This document shows, piece after piece, positions 51,229 to 56,037 of a DNA stretch of 56,037 nucleotides. How positions within the stretch are numbered: the stretch's first letter is position 1; every line of letters starts with the position of its first letter. The stretch is from Nitrososphaeria archaeon (GTDB taxonomy: Archaea > Thermoproteota > Nitrososphaeria > JACIWG01), in NCBI GenBank assembly GCA_963752255.1, contig CAVVXT010000017.1, positions 1 through 56,037 of the forward strand. The letters are read 5' to 3'. The notes beneath the pieces were generated by a model. The model had not been told where the DNA came from, made no database searches, and was given only the letters and a program-made list of their open reading frames with translations. A program made the translations under genes and the position numbers.

Positions 51229-52012
51229 TTAGCTGTGTGATAAATAATCATATCGACCACCATCCACAACTATGAGCTGCCCAGTCACAAAACTTGATTC
51301 ATCAGATGCCTAGAAATAATGCGACGTTAGCTATATCCTTAGGGTCTCCAATTCTCCTTAATGCAGTCAATTTTGTCTTTTCTTCAATAAAATCTTTAAC
51401 TTCTTTTTGGTTTCTACCGACATACATTATTTCTGTCCTGGTTATTCCTGGTGCTATTGCATTAACATTGATGTTATATTGACCTAGTTCATAGGCAAGT
51501 TTTTTAGTCAAGACAATTAAGCCAGCTTTTGCAGGAGCATAAGTGACATATCTCCCACTTCCCACAATGCCTAAGGCGGCATTAGATGAAATGTTAATTA
51601 TTTTGCCATATCGCTGCTTGATCATAAATGGGGCTACAGCTTGAACACCATAATATGGTCCAATCAAATCAATACTTAAAGTCGTTTTCCAATCTTCATA
51701 GCTAGCCTCTAAAACACTTGGGCTAAATGTAGTTATGCCAGCATTATTAACTAGTATATCCACTTTCCCAAATTTTTTTATCACTCCTTTAACCATATGA
51801 AAAACTTGTTCTTTATCAGATATATCAGCCTGAACTGAAAAAGCTTTCCTCCCTAAATCTAAAATTTCTCTAACAATCTTCTCTGCTCGCTCTTTATTAT
51901 GTTGATAATTTACCACAACGTTTGCTCCTTCATTCGCGAAAGTTATGGCAATAGCACTCCCAATACCCCTTGAAGAACCTGTTATTAGACAAACTTTGTT
52001 ATTGATTCTCAT
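51229..52012 (-). CDS. SDR family oxidoreductase (FabG-like), frameshift near 51307
   Basis: TGSSRGIG, NNAG, YAPAK, VNAIAPG; the tail ASDESSFVTGQLIVVDGG is in the shifted frame. Confidence 0.88.
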
Positions 52013-52457
52013 GCATTAAAGAAGGCAAGGATATGGTTTAAATATTTGAGAAATGATCTAAAGAGATTTGATATAAAGCATACTCATATTCTTTGCTTTA
52101 AGAAAATGCTATTCACGTAATATGATAGTAAAAACTGAAATAGCATTTGCCTCAAAGTGACTACATTTCTGCTTTTCAATATTGATTCTTCTCTATAGAT
52201 CTTCTTTATTTTTCTACATTTAGTTGTTAGTTTGATTAGTATTTGATGATGATACTGATGAAACGAGTAAGTGAATTAGATTTAAGAGGGCAAATTTGCC
52301 ATATCCTTCGGTCTTTTAGAAGAAAAGCAAAATAAATAAATTGTGTATGATATTCGATTAATAATCCTAAAAGCACTGATTACCCGAGATACAACAAAAG
52401 AAGGATTAGATCACTAAAACATCTTTTAGTTCAGATTTAATCCATTTAATAGCACTT

Positions 52458-54506
52458 TTAAGAACGAATAATTTTAAAGTTCCATGGTTCAATGTTCGTA
52501 ATTTTGACAACTGTTTTGCCGTCAGACACTTCCGTCCTCTCTGAGAGTATAGAAGCCAGTGAACCATTTCTGTGAAGCTCATAAAGCCTATCCGATTTTA
52601 CACGCATTTCAGCCGAAAACTCTCCCGTCTCATCTAGCGAAGCGTTAAGCAACATCAGCAAGAACTGCTTCCCATCACCAGACACCTTAATGAAGGGGAT
52701 GACTTTTACACTCTTATCAATCTTTACAGGCATCCTTTCTCTACTAACCCAATCACATACTCCCATTATCTGAGCCCTCTTCGGAGCAGAGCGAATATTT
52801 ATCCAAGGAGAATAGCCATGAACAGCAACCCTCCCCCCCAACGAATTCTCGAACAATGTAAAAGTGGGTCCAAGATTCTCTTCTGAGGCAACCATGATTA
52901 ATTCGCTAAGTACTCTGACATGTTTGTCCAATGGCTCCAAAACATAGCCGTCGTAATACGTCGCAGGGAAAGGAGGAACATCAACCAGCCCATATAAGTC
53001 TTTTCCGCTTCTAGAATATCTTCTCTCATTACTGTATTGGCCATTCAACACGTCAGAAGTAAACCGTTCAGAAACACCGTTTGTGTAAAGTTTCCTAATA
53101 GATACACCACAATATTCACCCAAACCTATATTCCAAAGATGTTCTAGAGACTTCCCGTCTAAAAAAGCACCATTAGTAAGCATTTTCCTAAGCTCATCCT
53201 TCGCAAACCCCTGAGGCATATTACCTGTTAATATGACACCGCATGCATTGTTTTCACTCATTGTGAAAGGAATGCCGATCTCGTTCATAGCGTAGGCAAG
53301 TGAACCATCATTATGTCCCGTTGGTAGTCGGAACCAATCCTCGTTTTCCACCTCCCTCTTCGCCCAGAATAGCGGAGACAACGCAGGGTAGAAGCCAGCA
53401 TTCTTGTAAGCTCCAGCGAAGTCGTCCATAGCGGTCCAAAGGGGCTTAAACTCGCTTATCGCTCTCATATAATCATGGTAATCGTCCAAAGAGCCCTCCT
53501 CTTGCTTTAAAAAGAAAAAGGCTACGCCGTTATGCCCGTTCATTATACTTGCGGTGCATTCCAGAACCATCATATGGATTGACTTTTGTAGTCTACCTAG
53601 GTTTGGGAACATGTCGAATTCGTATTGGACATCTTTTACGAACTCAGGATAGGCTGCACTCTGTCTCGCACATTCCAAAACTTTGCGTACAAAGCGGATA
53701 GGAGCTGTATCTTCGTAATAGGCTCCTCCAGGCCTACCCTTAACACCTTTAAGGGCTGTCATCCACTGGTCGAAATCGAAACCAGCGTAGTTCGTCCACC
53801 ACCATGTAGTCCCCATAGTGGTCGCCGTAGACATGAAACCCAGCTCGATGCTTGCATCAACACCATGAACTGTTTTCTCAATAAGTGAGAAAAGGTTGGT
53901 GATAGTTCTAATGTTTTGGCTGACCCATTTCTCTCTATACTCTCCGCCATCTTTCGAATTCAACTTTTCTACCAACGATTCCCTGGTGAAGTTTGTACCA
54001 TACTTCTGATTAAAAATGGATATGCACTTAGGGCAGAAGCAGACGAACTCCACAGGAGGATGATGCTGCATTCTAACATCATCGTCTGCCCAGATATGAT
54101 TAGGCCCAGCTTTAGCGCACAATCTGTATTTTTCTTTAATATACTCTCTGAATCCACTGTCGTTGGGGCAATAACAGCTCTTGGCACTCTTTCCGAAGTT
54201 ATCAACCAAAGTTTGAAATGGAGGTTCAGGTAAACCCCAGTCCCAAAGTTCGTCATTGTAACCTATAGTGTTTAACATGGTAATCCCGACGTTGAAGCCA
54301 TAACCTTTCAATTTCTTAATCCTATCCTTATACATTTCACAAAGTTTTGCGAAATCTTCTAAAGGGTAATAGCCAACCTGATAATATTCATTTGAAAGGG
54401 TTAATTCGTCTATATGCTCTTTGTACTGCTGCAGGAAGGATACAAGTCTCTGAAATTCTGACTCGCTCTTGAATCTTGGTTCCCAGATTCTAATTGACAC
54501 TTTCAT
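52458..54506 (-). CDS. 682-aa putative glycoside-hydrolase-like protein (copy 2)
   Basis: Collinear, highly similar paralog of 44003..46051. Confidence 0.55.
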   Translation of the reverse strand: MKVSIRIWEPRFKSESEFQRLVSFLQQYKEHIDELTLSNEYYQVGYYPLEDFAKLCEMYKDRIKKLKGYGFNVGITMLNTIGYNDELWDWGLPEPPFQTLVDNFGKSAKSCYCPNDSGFREYIKEKYRLCAKAGPNHIWADDDVRMQHHPPVEFVCFCPKCISIFNQKYGTNFTRESLVEKLNSKDGGEYREKWVSQNIRTITNLFSLIEKTVHGVDASIELGFMSTATTMGTTWWWTNYAGFDFDQWMTALKGVKGRPGGAYYEDTAPIRFVRKVLECARQSAAYPEFVKDVQYEFDMFPNLGRLQKSIHMMVLECTASIMNGHNGVAFFFLKQEEGSLDDYHDYMRAISEFKPLWTAMDDFAGAYKNAGFYPALSPLFWAKREVENEDWFRLPTGHNDGSLAYAMNEIGIPFTMSENNACGVILTGNMPQGFAKDELRKMLTNGAFLDGKSLEHLWNIGLGEYCGVSIRKLYTNGVSERFTSDVLNGQYSNERRYSRSGKDLYGLVDVPPFPATYYDGYVLEPLDKHVRVLSELIMVASEENLGPTFTLFENSLGGRVAVHGYSPWINIRSAPKRAQIMGVCDWVSRERMPVKIDKSVKVIPFIKVSGDGKQFLLMLLNASLDETGEFSAEMRVKSDRLYELHRNGSLASILSERTEVSDGKTVVKITNIEPWNFKIIRS

Positions 54507-54859
54507 TAAGAAATTCGCTCTCTGAGCTGTGAGTGCGTCTTTTATATAAACTTAATAATATAACTTAAGTTTATTCACTCTATCTGCGACGATCAAAAAC
54601 ACATCCATACTCATAATAAGATGACCTGTCAGCGTTCTTCAGAATGAAGACTAACGATATTTTTTAATGGTTATTACACGGAAGACATATTACATAGTTG
54701 CAAAAAATTATAGTTAATTCACTGGGTAACCGTATAAGACCTTTTTCGTCGCGGACTACTTGAAAATGATTTGAAGTTTTAATTACATTCTACAGGGGAC
54801 GTAAGTGACAGATTAGACCTGTTTTATAGCTTGACAATGTACACAAGGGGCTTCAAGCG

Positions 54860-55160
54860 TCTCCGTCTGGCGTTCTGCGTTGAAGAGCCCTGCTAAGAGG
54901 GAGCAGGAGAGGCGGTTCGCTCAATCGTCCCATGACACGTTCGGAGAAACTGGGATTAGTCTGGTACAAAGGTCGTCTACTGCCAAAGAATGTGGCCCTT
55001 AACCCTCTAGCTATAAAGGGGAAGGGTTAACGCCGAACACAGAAGTCAAATAGTTGAAGCGAGGAAGCGTAAAGGGCAACTGTTCGAGGTGACAGGAAGG
55101 ATCTTGGTTAGACTCTATAACGAGATTGTTGCGGTCATCTGATGCCGTACGGTGACTTTC
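54860..55160 (+). mobile_element. Probable group II intron (IIB/CL-type) domain-I remnant, no RT ORF or domain V seen
   Basis: Ordered blocks TGAAGAGCC..GCAGGAGAGGCG..CCCATGACACG..TGGGATTAGTCTGGTACA.AGGTCGTCTACTGCC..AAAGGGCAACT match my recollection of CL-class intron 5' regions; hairpins at 54889-54907 and 54999-55030. Confidence 0.55.
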
Positions 55161-55617
55161 TAAAAGTCTTGATTGAAAAAAGTGCTCCGGCTGGTATTTA
55201 CACTAAAATCGGTATAAATCTTTTGAAAAATAGATACATATTCTTTGTCTGTTCCAAACCAATATTTGGGAATGCTTAGAAAACGCGATTCTTAGCCTAA
55301 TCTCTTTCCATTACTCGGTGTAATTATTTTATCTCTGTTATTCCATGCTGTAATCAGACAAGCCCTACCGCTTGGGCTCAAATTATTTTTTGACAAAAAG
55401 AATGCCCACTCCGTTTTCATCAAATTTGTGGCCTTCATAGCCATGTTCTTTCACCTGCCAAAGCAGAGTGCCTTCTTCATTTTTTTCCTTGCGGACTGGC
55501 ACAATTTTATCAAAGGCTTCTTTTTCTTTAACAGGTTCGGAAAGTGGATTCTGGGATGAATCGTCGCAATCCAAGTCCACTAGAGGGTTAGGCTCCAGCC
55601 ATCCTAGCATAGGTGAT

Positions 55618-56037
55618 ATGATGAAGGTTTTCATTAGCTATGCCTTTTCAGACAGGGATGTAATGAATATACTTCGTGAGGTAATAAAGAAGAGAAATAT
55701 TGAAGTCTATACTGCGGAACATCATCTAAATTTGGGTAGAAGCCTTTCACTTAAGATCCAGAATGCAATTAAAAGCTCAGATGTAGTGGTCGCTATAGTC
55801 ACTAAGGACGAATCTTCTCCATCTGTTAATCAAGAGGTTGGCTATGCGATAAGTTGCCAAATCCCAGTTATCCCTATGGTGGAGGAAGGTGCTAAAATTG
55901 GCTTCATGATCGTTGATGTAGAACAGATGCGCTGGAATAGAAATAACCTTTATAACTCAATTGAAAAGGTAGCAGACTACATTGAGAAAGAATTCGAAAG
56001 CAAAGGTAAAGATGAGGAAGGCATAGCGCTATATAAT
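55618..56037 (+). CDS. TIR-domain protein, partial (runs off right edge; not in ORF track)
   Basis: AGGTGA SD; MMKVFISY...KIQNAIKSSDVVVAIVT...SPSVNQEVGYA...IPVIP, with the catalytic-type Glu. Confidence 0.82.
   Translation, partial: MMKVFISYAFSDRDVMNILREVIKKRNIEVYTAEHHLNLGRSLSLKIQNAIKSSDVVVAIVTKDESSPSVNQEVGYAISCQIPVIPMVEEGAKIGFMIVDVEQMRWNRNNLYNSIEKVADYIEKEFESKGKDEEGIALYN

Noticed and set aside
55383-55634. 83-aa minus-strand ORF
   Set aside because: Its start overlaps the better-supported TIR gene head-to-head, and it has no recognisable motif.

Overview
Archaeal chromosomal window. Thermosome, Pus10, GTPBP1-type GTPase and tungsten AOR point to archaea, and the thermosome reads like Nitrososphaeria/TACK-type sequences, so the host is probably an anaerobic heterotrophic Thermoproteota member (inference). 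The main feature is a ~12.5 kb integrated provirus (~13.0-25.5 kb) of the double-jelly-roll (Varidnaviria, STIV/Turriviridae-like) lineage. It carries a 296-aa putative DJR major capsid protein, an STIV-B204-like A32/FtsK packaging ATPase, about 11 small membrane proteins, candidate penton/spike proteins, an intact internal tyrosine integrase, RHH regulators, a cluster of Zn-finger mini-proteins and a repeat-rich control/origin region. It has no recognisable replication gene and no visible att repeat. Host genes include a LctD-EtfAB-like operon, FGGY kinases, AOR, SufS, HypA, TatA and MscL, plus a sugar-uptake island (ABC permeases, Tat-exported binding protein, two 682-aa paralogous GH-like proteins, SDR). 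Mobile-element debris includes a TnpB remnant, an IS6-like remnant, a probable group II intron domain-I fragment and a degenerate tRNA 3' fragment. There is also an unexplained ~290-nt structured-RNA candidate at 11.64-11.93 kb and a TIR-domain gene running off the right edge. Several host genes are broken by single frameshifts, probably long-read indel errors. All family calls come from motif recognition, not database searches.
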